A stretch of 64,000 nt of DNA, from positions 2,287,713 to 2,351,712 of the forward strand of contig CAJFCJ010000004.1 of the NCBI GenBank assembly GCA_904063045.1, read 5' to 3'. The DNA comes from Dimorphilus gyrociliatus. Its lineage: Eukaryota; Animalia; Annelida. Made by a program: the position numbers and the translations under genes. Below are positions 11,701 to 25,899 of this stretch, piece by piece. Under the pieces are notes generated by a model. The model worked only from the letters and a program-made list of their open reading frames with translations. It searched no databases and was not told the origin of the DNA. Position 1 is the stretch's first letter, and every line of letters starts with the position of its first letter.

Positions 11701-14700
11701 GAACGCTTCGTTACAAATAACTTCAAAACCTTTAGCTACGTGACTTCCGCCGTACCTATATGGTATTCTTTGAGATATATTTTCCAATTCAGAACTCTTG
11801 TTAAATTCATTCAAGTAGTATTCTATTCTTGCATCATTAGAGTAGGTTGCAATTCCTATTCTTGTATGATTTTGGCTAACTTGCATATCTGATGTAATTT
11901 TTACGATGAATTTTAGTATTTTATAAAAATTATCTCTTCCAACTGAGCCCGAAGAATCAACAAGAAAAATTATATCTGCTCTCGAGTTACAGCCCTTTTC
12001 ACAATTTTTTCCTTGAAAACCATCTTTGCATATGCACGTATACTTGTTAATTCCATCCAGGCACTTTATAGCATTTTTACAGGGAGAGGACAAACATTGA
12101 TCCTCTTTTTCGCAGAGGGCACTCAATAACGAATGTGTTACGTGCTCTAAATGTACCAGGGATTCTTTTTCCGTGTTTATTTGATTGTAAATATCGGGAT
12201 GAAAGGGTTCAAAAGGTTTCCAATCGTCATGTTCGACTTTTCCAACTCCAAAAGTGAAGAATTTTACAATAGTTCCATCTGAAATAGAAATATTAATACA
12301 TTTTTAAAGATATTATCAGATATGGATAAATAGATATTTGAAAACATGAGTAAGAGGGAATGAGAGTAAGAAACAAAGATACTAAGAGAAGAAATAATAA
12401 ATGCATGTTTACTTTTAGTTTCCATATTAAATTTATCCATTCTTGTTCCACCAGTTAATAGAAAAGCAAAATTTGCAATATCTTTTCTGTTGACAGTCTC
12501 CTTCGAAAATTCATTTAATGCTAATCTCATGGCTCCAGCTGTGTATGGATAACCTCCCCTAAAAGTTACGTTAACTCTGAGCAGTTCCTCTAATTGTCTC
12601 TGTGAATTATTCGATAATGACAATAACAATTTGGCTTCTGAATCGTAACTTATTAAACCAATACGACTCTGTCCTCTATTAAATTGTTTAATTAAATCAA
12701 TTGCAAATTGTTTAGCTTTTTTTAATAAATATCTTCCGATAAAAGCTGATTGGTCGATGATAAACATAATATCCGATTTGCTGTTGCATTCTAAAAGTCA
12801 TAAATAATAACTATATCCTGTATAAGTTGCAATATAAATAGTTAAATAAAAAAAAAATTTCTTACGTTGTTCACAGTCTACTCCAGAAAAAGCTGGAGGA
12901 CACTTGCAAGTATATGAATAAATACCATCTTTACATTCTCCGTTATTTAAACAAGGATTTGGGTTGCATTGATCAACGTCTAAAGAGGAATATAAAGTGA
13001 TGTATATTATAAATATGACAAATCAAACAGATGTTTTTTTCTTCTCTTCCAACGAAACTCATCTTACCTTCCAGCAAATAATGAAGTAGATCTCTGCGTA
13101 TCTTGAATAAATCTTCAAAAGTTTCTGCAGTAAAGATTCCCTTTAATTTCTCCGTTGCCAGAGGAATAAATATATCCTTCTTCTTTACTGGAACACCTAT
13201 TGGTATAACTGATATATCTTCATTCGAACAATGCTTCGCCTATAATTAATAAAGAAGATATTAGTTTAGAAACAGAAAAGGATGTTTTAAACTAAGATGT
13301 TTCAAAAATGTATTCTTCCTCCCTCTCTTACTTCTAATGCGGTATTCTTTGTTCCAATATTTGATAATCCGTCCGAGATAATAACCAAAATATTTCTAGC
13401 GTCTTTTCTATCACCGTAGCTTTCATGAAACATCTCCTCTCTAGCTATTCTCAAAGCTTCCGATGTAAATGTATAACCAAAACTATCAAAATACAACTAA
13501 ACTTTTCTAGTCTCTTGAAAATATGAAAATTGCATTACCTGTATCCAAATTGCTCAATGCCTGTTAGTATATCTGATGTTGTATTAAACTTATTTAAATG
13601 AAATTCAATTATGACATCACTTCCATATTTAAGTAAGCCAATTCTATATGAATAATAATGAGATATTACAAGGCATTCTTAGAATATTATTAGACAAAAG
13701 AGGGACAATTCCTAGAAACTAATTGTACCTAAAGTTGCAAGAAACTATGTCAATCTCTTCTATAACACTTTTGACGAATCGTTTTAATTTGAAAAAACTC
13801 TCTTCTCCAATAGAACCAGAAGAATCTAATATGAACACTAAATCTGCTGCAGAATTGCAGGCTGTTTTCGAAAGAGAAAAGAGAACATTAAGAAAGTAGA
13901 ATAAGTATTATTTACAATCAATAAATCTATTTTTAAAGTATCTTTACTATATTGACACATCTTTCCAGTAAATTTCTTTTTGCATATACACTGGAAATAG
14001 TTTAACGAATCGACGCAAGTTCCTCCGTTTAAACATTTCTGATATTTACAAGCGTTCTTATCTATTAAATTAGAAAAGATCGTAAAGGGGAGAACCACCA
14101 CAAATGAAGGTTAATGAAATAAAGTTTTATTACCTGCTTGAAAATATTTCACCAATGGTATTACTAACTTCTGCAATTGGTTAAACCCTTTAATAATTTT
14201 TAAATTTGAAGAATGAGGCTTTGATGCCAGATCAGTTAAACCGTGAATAAGTTGATTTTCGTTTTGACCGTTTATAATTCCAATGCATATTACGTTAATT
14301 AAAGAGTCGTGTACATTTCTAGCTTCTTCCCATATTGATTTGGAGTTTGAAATACCATCAGTTATAATAACAGCTATATTTTGTACTTTCGGTCTATCTC
14401 CAACAGAAGTTTGAAATAAATCATTTCTTAAAACCTTTAAAGCGTCTAAAATATTTGATTTAAATCCAAACTGATATTGTACTTTTCTGATTCTTTTAAC
14501 AATATCAATCTTTCTTTCGCTATCGTTCAAACGTAGCCAAACTTTAACTTTTTTACCAAACGTTAGTAAAGATATTCTATAAGTTTTATCATCGACATCC
14601 AATCGGTTTATAATTTTGATAACAAATCTTTTAATTTTACCGAAATTCCATTTACCAATACTACCGCTAGAATCTATTAGAAATACAATATCTCCACCAG

Positions 14701-16416
14701 AGAATGGTTTGTGTACATTATTATCCGGTAGAGTTGGTTGAACGGGTTGAAAATTGCATATGTTTGCAAGTATCTTTTGCCTCTCAGCGTGTAGATGTGA
14801 ATATTTAGAAACGTATAATAGATTATTACGAATAGGTGTTGAAACAGTTTTGTTTAGTATTGCATTTTTAATTGATTCAACGCCAACACCAATAGCCATT
14901 ATCTTTATTCCGGACTTTTTTGTATTTTCGGCTTGTTTATAAATCTCTTGAACACTTGTTGTCCATCTACCATCAGTTATTAATAAAAGAATATTTTCAG
15001 CGTTTCTTCTGTCACCTTTAGAATAGCTATTTTTAGGAGAAGTAAAATGCTTTTTATATATTTGAAATAGGATGATTTATCTTTTACCGACTGGAAAACG
15101 TTGTTTGTAACATTTTCCAATGCTGCTGTAACATTTGATATTCCGTATATATATTGTATGTACTTTAAAGCTTGTAAAGCTGCATTGTTCGAATTAAATT
15201 TATTCAAATAGAAATGAATAGTAGATTTTGTACTAAAGGTCGTTAAAGAGACTCTTGCTTGGCCTATTGCGTAAGATAGGTAAGTAGAAATGATTAGCTA
15301 TTATGTATTGTATATGATCTTAGAACCGTAATCTATGTCCAATTCTTGAATAATGCTGCTGGTAAACTGTAAAATAAGATGAAAATGTTTAACTCCAATA
15401 CTAGATGAAGAATCAACAAGAATGGCCAAATCAATTATTTTCGTACAATCTAGACAAGGAAAATAAAAAACAATTCATTTTATGGGCTTTTTACTGATCT
15501 CTACAAAAGTTTACCCTTTTTGTAAACGGATGATTGATTATGCAAAGATAACAGGTGGGCTTGCAATAAAATACCTAAAAAATACACAAACTAAAGATTA
15601 GACTTTGGCAAATACAACAAACTAAGTACATCGTAAAAATGCAGGAGAGATAAAAAAAATAGAAGAAGATAGCGTTATCTTCTTTGGTATTATTATTATT
15701 ATTATATATAGTTATATATAAATATAGAATAAACATAAAGAAAACAGGATTCTATTTGTAAACTATTTATACTTACTATTACAAAATTGTTCAAAAATTT
15801 TTCTGCTATCTCTTATCAATATTTCGTAGTTTTCCACCAAAACCAAATATCTCCTATGTGGAGGAGAAGATACGTAACGTAACTCTTCAATTGCTCTATC
15901 ATTTCCCCGTAGTTTTATCCCTAGAATGAAAATTTGAAGACCGTTTTTTCGGGCTCTCTCAGCCTTAAAAACTGTTCTTTCGGCGTTGATATCCGATGAA
16001 CTATCAGTGATAATTAAAGCAACATTCGGTGCGTAGTCGCGATCTCCGTGTGCTTCTTTAAAAACTTGGGTATTTAAGAGATGAAGTGCGCTAGCCAAAT
16101 TATTCGCCCCACCTCGAAACTTTCTCTTTCTCAGGAATGAATTTATTTGCGATATTGATGTTAAAGGCGATTTCAATGAAAAGTGAATATTTGCCTTAGT
16201 AGCATATGTAACAAAAGCTAACTTTGTCTGATTTCTTAAATTAATAGTTTTAAAGAAAGAATGAAAGAAATATTGAAGATTTAAGATATCTCTTTCCTTA
16301 ACGCTGCTCGATGTATCTAGAACTACAGCGATATCCAAATCACAATCGCAATCTAAAGGAATTTTAAGAAAATCTAAGGTAATCTAGGTTAAGATAATAC
16401 AGCTTTTGTTTATATA

Positions 16417-16469
<53 letters not shown>

Positions 16470-17119
16470 GATACACGTTACTTACAAAATGGAGCATCTT
16501 CTGGTATCTGTACTTCTGTTTCTGTTTGAATTATTCAAAATATTAATATTTAGTTAATATTTTGACTTTTTCAATTATTAATAAATAACTGAACAACGTC
16601 TGTTTTATCTCTAAATTATACTAATATCTGCTCGTATTAATGGGCATTTTTCATTCATTTTATTAACTTTTGCGTACTTTTCCCACAACAACTCTTAATT
16701 GATCAATTAACACATATTTTTCCTGGTTTTATTATTATAAACAAATTTTTAATATATTTAAATAGCTCGTTAGATATCTCTTTTCATTTATATATAGAAA
16801 AGGAAAAAGAGAAAGGAGGAAAAAGTTTCAGCAACCAAGAAAAAACGAAATGAAAATAACCTTTCTATTTAGAATAAAAGAAAAATAAAGGAATCTGCTC
16901 TAATTTTCAATAGAAAAAAATGAAGAAAATTTAATTGTTTTTACTGGAAAACTTTTATCTTTCTTATCATTTTTTATTCTCTTCTTTTATTTTAAAAGAA
17001 TTAAACAAATTCATTAGTTTTATTAAATTAACCAAAATGTTTAAAGATTAAATAAACTTACTTGTAACTTGAAGAAAAAATAAGATAGCAAAGATATAAT
17101 TTCCGTAAAATCTAAACAT
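8747..17119 (-). CDS. Large secreted multi-VWA/EGF extracellular matrix protein (9 VWA + 5 EGF; matrilin/collagen VI-like VWA arrays, no collagen helix)
   Basis: Signal-peptide exon 17119-17062 ([19 protein letters not shown]), then about 20 exons linked by short GT-AG introns, ending at TAA 8749-8747. Repeated DxSxS...GDR...N+++++TDG VWA motifs alternate with CxxNPCxNxGxCxDxxxxYxCxC EGF motifs. One junction in VWA2 (~15085) was not resolved with certainty. Confidence 0.85.
10190..10213. repeat. (TA)n microsatellite, intronic
   Basis: About 12 TA units in a VWA-gene intron. Confidence 0.9.
16411..16470. repeat. (TA)n microsatellite with CA interruptions, intronic
   Basis: About 60 nt of TA/CA repeat in intron 2 of the VWA gene. 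Confidence 0.9.
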
Positions 17120-19357
17120 TTTATGAAAAGGAACTATATATTTTCTTCTCCAGCATTACAGAACACATTACAGTGTCTGACAACTGTTATAGTTCAAAAT
17201 AGGCCTACAACCTCTTTGCAGTTGCTAATGCATTGGAAAAATATTTAGCCAACGTGTCTAACTATAAGCAACATTAGAGTAGGTTGTTATTAAAAGCAAT
17301 TGTTATTTACGAACATATATAATAATTAAATTGATAAGAAAAAGATGTAAGTATGAATATTAAAAAATTTAAACAATTACGTATAATCATATATACTAAT
17401 ATATATATATATTGACTGTATGTACACATAGATATACTAATTAGTTATTTGGGTCTTTTCATCTTATTTTCTTTTTCGAAACGAACTAATGTAGAAAATA
17501 CTATTTTGTATGTTTAAAAAACAACATTTCAAAAAACCTATACGTAAACACCCCATAGTAATCTCTATATTTCTCATCTTGTCTATTAGTTTATTTTGAC
17601 GTTAAAGAAAGGAAAATGGTTTTGAATATTTAGAAAATCATCAATCCTAGTGGTAATTTGCTTCTTCAAAAGATCCTTTACAATGCTTATATTGTATATG
17701 CCCCGACTTTTTTTTAACTCTATATCTAAAAAAAAACGAAAATGAAACCAATATAGAAAAATTTATGTATAAATAAGAGCATCAATGGAAGTATATTCTT
17801 TCTTTAGTATAATTATTTATATTCATCTTTTCTCACTTTTATAAAGATACGTTTTTTAATCAAACTGAAAAAGACATTTAGTTTAAACCTTCCACCAATG
17901 TAAGGATAAGAAAGAAGGGTACAGACCCCTTTCAGTTATATTTTATCTTTTTTCTTTCATTGTAATTGGCATATTTAAATCAGGTACGATGAAAATAGAT
18001 CTCATATTTGTCAAGGTGTCATTGAAAACATTTTTTTTCCCATTTTCCTTACGTGTCTCAGTACGTCATGAAAATGAGCATTATACAGACAAATTGCCTT
18101 GACAAAATTTAAGAGGATTTTCATTTTAATACACTTTGAAGAAAGCTAAGTGAAAGAGAAAATGAAAATTTTATATTTAATAATTTATACTGTTTATGTT
18201 AATCTTTGAAGACAAAATTTTCTCTGCAAGCTCTTAAATTCATTCAAAATATGTTACATTCAAATATAATTCAATATTAGTCACGATAAGGACAATAGAA
18301 ACAAATGAAACAACTACAACATTTTGGTTGGATGTATTTATCGTTTGAGAAAGCTTTGAATATAGATAACAAACAACTTATGAAATAGTTTTGTTGATAT
18401 TTTTTTTAAAAAAACAAAAGATTAATTATATTTTCTAAATCTATTTTTAGTTCATTTTCCCAGCTAATTCGTATATATATGCAGTGCATGTACAATATAT
18501 AAACATATACATGTATACATCTATATCATGTTTATTAAAAGAGTCTCCAGAAAACTAGAATTTAGCAAATGAAATATTTATATTATTTTATATTAAAAAG
18601 AATTTTGTGTTCTCTATATTTATTCATTATAAACTTGATAAAAAGTAATTTATATTTTTTACACTACTCGTGAGAATTGTATAGATTATTTAGCTTTAAT
18701 AATTTTACTCTTGTATAAATTCAGATTATCACTCAGGAAATAATTCTGCACTTGGAGAGGAGCGTTTGACCTTGAAAAATACTTGGAATATCACGTTATA
18801 CCAAAAAGCTCGTAGTGTTTTATTTCAAAAACTATTGCTTAGCAGTAAACATAATGATATTAAATCTAAAGGAAACGTTGTTTAATGTTATATAATAATT
18901 TATATACATAAACATACAACCATATAGTGCTATATTAGTTTACCAACTAAAATCCTTTCGCCATATTTCATATACACAGTATAAAGATTACGATTTTAAA
19001 CGCTTTACTTTCTAGTATAACTGATTTTTTAACTTGTAAGATGTATTCAAAAATCATTAAAAATGTTATTTTTAAGTAAACAATCAAGGTTAAATCTATA
19101 AGAAGTGAATACATAAGATAGATAATTGTATGTATCTGATTGGTTGAAAGTAACGGAAATATGAAGTAGAATATGAAGCATTATGCGCTGAGCGTCTCAC
19201 TTAGACGGAATTACTGCTTACAAAGGTAAGGAAAAAATACAGGATGTTTTATAGCAAGATTACATAAGATTTATCATATAAAACATTCACAATAAGAATA
19301 AAAATCACTTTTTCTCTACTTTTCAATCACCTAGGTTGTTTCAAACAAGTTGACGAA

Positions 19358-22300
19358 ATGGGAATTAAACTGTTCTTTTGGATGTCTCCCATCATTCTTT
19401 TCTCCTACCTTGGTAAAGTTGACTCAAGAAGAACTTTAAAACTTGGATTTATCACTCCAAATAGCGGTCCTCTAAGTTATGGAACTACTGCAGCAGCAAC
19501 AACTATGGCAATTGAGAAAGCTAAGAAAGACGGCTACCTTCCAGATACAGATGTCAGGTAAAAATAAGTAATTAATGAAATTTCCTTTAAAATTGGAAAA
19601 AAAAGAGAAAGAAAATACAAAAGAAACCGATAAAGTTAAAAAAGACTTTAGTGATAGAACGTTAATACAAAGTTTCTCCCGTAGCTTTCAATTACCAGAG
19701 TCCAACTCCAAGTGACATTACATAATAGCATCTGTACGACAGTATTTTGATAAGTAATATTTATATACATCTTCTATTGTCAAATACAAACAAAAAACAA
19801 GAGACACTAAAGTTTTTTATTTCCTTTAAAAGTCTACTTAAAAAAAGTCGCTTCGTCAGATTTTTAATACTAATATTAGTAGTATATTATTTATAGAGCA
19901 TCTATTAGAGCGATTTTGTTGCTGTATTCGCATTTTTCATAGAATTTCAAAATTTTCATAAACAGCGCTAATTTCGTAATCCAATTGACTTAATTAAATT
20001 TCTTATACTTATACAATTACTTTTTTAAAAGGCTAATATGGCGTAATGGAGCTTGTAGTGGTAAACAAGCTCTTGGTGTAACTGTTACTTTATGGAGGGA
20101 GGAGGATGTGGATGGATATATTGGTTTGCCATGTTCAATTGGTAAATTTTTGAATCATAAACATAAATTTAAAAAATGAATAATTCTTATCAATTATTAT
20201 GATAACAATAGATAAAGAAATAGTTATCTAATATTACTAGTAGTTTTAATTAATAAGTTACCATTTCACAGTATATACACAATACATGTTTATATTAAGT
20301 GTTACAATAAGATTGAATGAAAGAGGATATGACTATTAACGAAAATCAAGGAGGAAAGAGTGAATGGAAGAAAAGTATTAGCTATATTTGTCTATAATCA
20401 TACTTAAAATGTAATAGTCTATATAATTTTAATATTACTTTGCTAATGAAGGATAGAACATGAGTAAATGTTGAAAAAAATTAGTATCAAAGATTTGTTT
20501 TAGCATATCTGATATTTTCTTTAAGGTTATCTCGTCTCATTTTAAATATATGCTTAATTATAAGACAATCCAAAATACATTGCTGTTTGATATTATATAC
20601 CTAAAGTAAAATAAATGTAGGCAAAGGAAAAATTACATAGGCATATATTTAATTACAAGCAACCAGTTTTTTCCCATTAATTTTTAGTATACTTTGAAAT
20701 ACTTCTTCATTTTTTGTTTTTAAAATGAACGTATTCAATATCCTTCAGCCGCTATAAATGCAGGAAAGGTTATCTCATTTTGGAATTTACCTCATTTTAC
20801 CCATGAATCACCAGATCCAGAATTGGCTCATAAACAGACATATACAACACTGATACGAATGCTTAGCCCTTTTAACAAACTGGCTTTAGCCCTTTTGAAA
20901 TTTATAGAAAATATGGGATGGAGCAGAGTAGCCATGGTAACAACTAGTCCTGCTCTTACGCATTGTGATTTCGCAAGCAGATCTATTGAAAAACTATTTC
21001 TCGACTCGAATATAACTTTAATTGATTGGTTAAAAAGGTCAAGTATGCCCGATAGATTTACCATCTTTAAGTGGTTAGACAGGATAAAAGAGAGAGCGAG
21101 AAGTAAGTTAATAATTAACATTGATAATAAAAAATATATTGAACTAAGATTAATGATTATTCTTCTTCCCAAGTTATTATTATATGTACGGATGAGGTTC
21201 ATTTACGAGATTTTATGCTACAAGCTGAAGAAAAGAAGATGACTGACGGTGATTACGTCTTCATTGAACCTACGCTTCTGCCATATGAAAACTACAAGAA
21301 CCGCTGGCAACAAAAAGATGGTAATGATGAAAGAGCATTCACAGCTTTTCAGACACTTCTTCAAGTTTGTTTAATACAATTTCAAAGAGTAGGAAGCGAT
21401 TAAAACTTTTGATTACGCTCTATTATTAGATGGCTCTTGGTTTTGTTAATACCGAGGAAGCGGAAAAATTTAGAGAAGAACTACCAAAGAAAATGGCCGA
21501 ACCACCTTGGAATTATACTAAGACTTTGGAGAATAAAGAAAAGGTCAGATCAAAGACTTAAGTCTAAGATATAAAAAAGATTATAATTAGTACTTTTACA
21601 ACAAGTACAACTTATATTCTATGATCTAATTCTTTTAAAATAACTTTGAAACTATTCCAATAAAGTCATCAAAGAAACTTAATTAATTTATTAGTGTTTT
21701 CTTGGTATGCTAATGAATGAATGGAATTTCAATGAATATTTTCTTCAAGCCAAATCCCTTTGTTTCAGGGTTCTTTATTTTCATTGTATCTTCATGATAC
21801 ACTCTACCTTTACTGCATTGCTGTCGATAGAGTTCTTAAACTCGGTGGTGATCCTAGAAATGGAACATTTATTTTTGATCAGGCAAAAAACATTACGTTC
21901 AAAGGTTAATACAGAAAAAATATAATCTAATGAATAGGACTTTTTATGTTTTTTCATAAAATCTTAGGAATTTCTGGCGATGTTGTGTTGGACGAAATTG
22001 GGGATAGAATAGGAGACTATTGGATATGGCAATTGAGGAAAAAGCGCGATGAATATGATCTTTGGGCAAAAATTTCTGTCTCCAAAAAGGATAAATCAAA
22101 AGTAAAGTATACTATTAAAATATTAATGCAATAAAAGATCCTTTGCATTTGAAGGTTATTGAATACGAAGCGATTAGGCATTGGGGAGCTAAATTTGGCT
22201 ATGAAATTCCATTGGATACTCCTAAATGTGGATTTTTTAATGAACTTTGTCCAAAAGAAGGATCAGGCCTAAATATCGCAACTGTAATTGCGATCGTTGC

Positions 22301-24977
22301 CTCAATTGTACTAATAGGAGCAGGTTCAGCAGTTGTTTACGTCTTCTACAGGTCAGTTAATTAAAATTCGAAATAAAATCACTTGTTCTTACATTATATA
22401 AATCATCCATAATGAAAAAATAGACGGAAAAAATTCGAAAATGAAATTGATTTAATGCTGTGGAAAATTAAATACGAAGATGTACATTTTCCTTCAAAGA
22501 GCCTTGGTAGTATACGAGTAAGAATCTTATATAATTATATTATAATTTATTTCGTATAAACTATTTTTATTTTTAGACTCTGGGTCAAATGTCTGCGAGT
22601 GCTGGAAGTGAAACTAATTCAATTAACACTCTTAATAACTATAATAGGACTTCATCAATAAAAGTTGGCAATTATAAAGGAACCTTGGCTAAAGTTACAT
22701 ATTTAAGATCTGAAACTATTGTACTTTCAAGATACGATCACATCGAATTGAAAAATGTTACTTGAATACTTTTAACCTCTTCGAATCATATATTATGTCA
22801 CTTTTATGTTTTAGATGAGAGAATTAAATCACGATAATGTTAATCCATTTATCGGAGCTTGTATTGATGCGCCAAATATTTGCTATTTAACTAAATACTG
22901 TTCAAAAGGTAGTCTCGAAGTAAGTAGACGTTTAAGAATATTAACATGTATTCCATTTTCGTTATATTAATAATAGGACGTTATTTCCAACGAGAATATT
23001 AAATTGGATTCGATGTTTAAAAGTTCCCTAACTTTTGATTTAATAAACGTAAGTGAATTAAAAGACACTTTCAATTTTTAAAGTAACACTTTATTAATTA
23101 TACAATTAAAAGGGTCTGGACTATATTCATCATTCATCTCTAAAATCGCACGGAACCTTGAAAAGTTCAAATTGTTTAATTGATGGAAGATGGATTCTTA
23201 AAATATCTGATTACGGTTTAAGTTGGTTTAAGAAAGTCCCTGAAAATGAATTTGATATTTATAAAGGTTATTGAATTTTGAAATAATATTTTCAATAGCA
23301 ATAATTAGAAATTTCCTTGTCAACTTTCTCATAACAGATCAACTGTGGACTGCACCAGAAATTCTCAGAATGATACCAATGCCAATAAAAGGTACTCAAA
23401 AAGGAGATATTTACAGTTTTGCTATCATTCTCCAGGAGTTATATTACGGATGCTCTCCATTTCGTAGTAACTGTGATTCCATTCAGGTCCCAAAAGGTTA
23501 AATACTATATAATTATTAGAATACAGTAGAACATTAATATCTCTAAATCACCTATATATATATATATATATAGACTTGGTTGGTAGAGTGAGAAACGGGG
23601 AGACACCACCTTTCAGACCGATTTGTCCACACGATCCGAAAATAGATGTGAATATTATAAACTTAATAAAGGATTGTTGGTCGGAAGAGCCAGCTAGTCG
23701 CCCAGACACTTTACTGCTTAAGAACAGGTTTAATCTCCTCAACAAAGGAAAGTGAGTTACTATAATAATATAACGCTCGTAAAAATAATGGTTTGGCTAA
23801 CGTTAACTATTGCGCTTATCATTTTAATAAAGGCAACATAACATTATGGATAATATGTTAAGAATGATGGAGAAATACGCAACGAACCTAGAAGGTTTGG
23901 TTGAACAAAGAACAAAAGAATTGGTTGAAGAAAAGAAAAAAACTGATTTACTCCTATACAGAATGCTTCCGTCGTATGTCATTCTGTTGATTAATAATGA
24001 TAATTTAATAATAATACTAAATATGAAACAATAATTAGTTTAATATTGTTTTAGAACTGTAGCGGATAATTTAAAAATGGGTGTCGTCGTTCAGCCCGAA
24101 CTATTCAAGGAAGTTAGCGTTTATTTTAGCGATATCGTTTCATTTACGAAAATGTGTTCGGAGAGTACTCCTCTTGAGGTAATAAGTTTCTTGAACGATT
24201 TATGGACTCTGTTCGACGACATTACAAGTAAATATGACGTCTATAAGGTAAACATGCAAATAAATTTTTATTATGTGGGATATTATTAACAAAGTTCTTT
24301 ACAAATGGTAATTTATTAATCAATCAATACGAAAATAAAGGTTGAAACGATAGGAGATGCGTATATGTGTGCCAGCGGAATACCGGTTCCAATTGGAATA
24401 AAGCACGCAAGCGAAATTGCTGTGATGGCTTTACACATCTTGAAAGGTGTTAGAGAGTTTACCATAAAACATAAACCACAAGAACAATTAAAAATCCGCA
24501 TAGGTATTCATTCAGGACCAGTTGTTGCAGGTACTATTAACCCTATTATTCATACTTTTTAAGTTTTACGGCATTAACAAATTTTACAGGAGTTATAGGC
24601 CTAACAATGCCCAGATATTGTTTATTTGGTGATACAGTCAATACAGCTTCCAGGATGGAATCAACTGGAGAAGGTTTATTTTTTTATTTTCTTCATTATT
24701 AGTTTTAACTTTATCTTGAATATTTTTCCAGCTCAAAAAATTCATTTAAGTCACGAAGCCTACCTTGCAATTCAATCTTCGTCTTCATCATTTGAATTTA
24801 GTAGGCGAGGAGAAACTGAAATAAAGGTTAATATCTTTGAATAATTCTCTACCTAATGGATTTCAACTTTTCTATTTTAATATTATACTTTAGGGTAAAG
24901 GATTAGTGACAACTTTCTGGTTGGATGGAAATAATGAAGCGCATAAGATAGCCGGTAAAAGAAACGAATATTTATAG
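19358..24977 (+). CDS. Receptor (membrane) guanylyl cyclase, natriuretic-peptide-receptor-like
   Basis: Signal peptide; ANF-receptor ectodomain ([28 protein letters not shown]); TM helix [26 protein letters not shown]; kinase-homology domain ([27 protein letters not shown]); coiled coil; cyclase motifs [20 protein letters not shown] and [19 protein letters not shown]. Last exon 24894-24977. Probable 5'UTR intron 19226-19334. Confidence 0.93.
23553..23572. repeat. (TA)10 microsatellite abutting a 3' splice site
   Basis: (TA)10 runs into the acceptor: its last A and G23573 form the AG in the guanylyl cyclase gene. Confidence 0.9.
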
Positions 24978-25899
24978 AATGAAGAAAATGTTAATCTTAA
25001 AAATTCACTTATATATTAAGATGTATAACTTGTTTAATCACTGTATTTTGTCGATTGTTAACAATGGAGTATATTTAAGTAAACAACAAAAGCACGATAT
25101 GTACTGTTATGTGAGAACTTTTCACTTTCCTTCGTATAGTTGAGATAAAGAGACGGAAGTCTTTATTCTATCTCTCTTTTATCAATAAATAGTTCATCGA
25201 TTTATAACACAATAAATCCTAGTTAATTCCAGATTTAAGTTAACTTTGTCGAGTTATATCTTTTTTATTTCAATGATAATGTCTACCAAGCAATTTTACA
25301 TGGGATTTTACATAGATTATTAGGTATTTCTTTTATGTATGACATATTCAAGTATTCATTGCTTATTAAATATCCTTAGCCCCTATACACTAATCCTACA
25401 ACCTCCTTTAAATTTATTTCTATGTTAGAAATAATACTGACTGCAGTTATACTTTTCCCTCGATTTTTACTGTTATTCCTTCGTCGGCACTTGGATTCTT
25501 GAAGAGTTTTCCTTTCTTCTGGCAATTTCTAAAGGTGAACTCTATAGTGTACCTTAATTTACATGTTTTAATGAGGGGAAGACTTAGGACTGCTATCAAT
25601 TGTTTCTCTGGAGCGGAGGAACACTTTATATCAATAGTGATCTGCATGATTTGCAGTTTATGAATTTAGATCCAGGCCAGATATTTTGTAGGCTCCTAAT
25701 TATTGAGGGTATATGCACCCTCTCATTGCCATAATAGACAATTAGAAGAGTTCTAGAGAGGGTAAAAAGCCTTTACTCCTAAAATTCATAAAGACTAATT
25801 TAATGAAATCTGAATCGGCTCCTTGTTTATTTCATTTCAAATAGACAGTCAGGATGTATTTATTTATTAATATATTTAATATTCTAAGAATAGGAATAA

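Noticed and set aside
25706-25723. Small hairpins (GAGGGT-ATATGC-ACCCTC here; a similar one near 47390-47420)
   Set aside because: Stems of 6-10 bp are expected by chance; no miRNA-length stem, no TSD and no second copy.
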